Shown: in pieces, positions 63,259 to 64,000 of the stretch | Layout of the letters: every line of letters begins with the position of its first letter | Numbering within the stretch: the first letter of the stretch is position 1 | Assembly (NCBI GenBank): GCA_964106645.2 | Contig: OZ067043.1 | Source: Podarcis pityusensis | Lineage: Eukaryota | Length of the DNA: 64,000 nt | Strand: one strand, 5' to 3' | Translations under genes and position numbers: made by a program | Notes under the pieces: model-generated | What the model was told of the DNA's origin: nothing | Databases searched by the model: none | Seen by the model: the letters and a program-made list of their open reading frames with translations, nothing else

Positions 63259-64000
63259 TGTACATAAAGGTACATGGTGCTAATTTTTGAAACTGCTCCA
63301 TAGAGCAGTCACCATCCCATTGTGTTTTCTGCACTTTATCTGGCTCTGCCGTCTAAAGCAGAGGTGGGGAACCTTTTCCATTCCAAGTGCTGCATAACCT
63401 TCTGGGAGCTGCATGTCAATGGTGGGTGGGACTAAAACCATAGTCACACCCCTTTCACACACAGGGATACATATCTTCTTCCCAACACAAGATCCATCCA
63501 CATTATTTAACCCTCTTCCCCTTTTGTCAATATCAAAATTTATTCCAACTTTATACTAGCCTATACTTTACACTGCTCTGGCTTATGCAATATTAATTTT
63601 CTACGAAGATATCACTTAAATGCAGATTTTGGCTTTCTCAGAGAAACAACTGTGGAATAATTTAAGTTTTGAACTATCAAACCACTTTTGGTGTCCAGAA
63701 AAATTATGATTGTCAAGAATAAGATATATACTTCCTTGGTACCTAGCAGAGAGCCTCCTTCAGAATCTCACCCATGGATCACCCCTGAAAAATCCTAGTA
63801 TAAAGGATGTGTTTGTTTTTTTAAAAAAAGTCAACCATTGAAGAAAGCGAGCAGAAACATCACTCTTGACCAATAAGGCAATTTGTGACTAACTTGGGAA
63901 CAAGCAGGGAGGTAGTGACTTAGGTGTTATAAACAACAAATTACAGAAAGGCAACGAAGATAAAGCACTGATTCTCTGCGTTGCTGTGATGGAAGGTGAC

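Overview
Vertebrate genomic DNA from a squamate reptile, probably a lacertid lizard, judged from the Sauria-type SINEs with (ACCTTT)n tails. The whole window lies inside the neurofascin gene (NFASC, L1-family cell adhesion molecule) on the minus strand. I traced 22 coding exons with GT-AG boundaries and compatible phases, from Ig2 through Ig6, FnIII-1 to -4 and the mucin-like PAT domain. They include the alternative cassettes: the 51-nt Ig2/Ig3 linker, the 36-nt Ig6/FnIII linker, the two-exon RGD-bearing FnIII-3, the 15-nt microexon and the PAT exon. The signal peptide/Ig1 exons lie beyond position 64000, and the FnIII-5/TM/cytoplasmic exons lie before position 1. The introns hold SINEs, LINE 3' fragments, hAT and Tc1/mariner non-autonomous DNA transposons, a Penelope relic, microsatellites and a 186-N assembly gap. 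I found no evidence of a wholly new biological system. The most interesting signals are splice-regulatory motifs (QKI, RBFOX, SRRM4-type, CUG), several candidate unannotated exons or acceptors (notably a 48-nt in-frame cassette and an in-frame upstream acceptor for the microexon), and a young transposon built from a palindromic 60-bp minisatellite.
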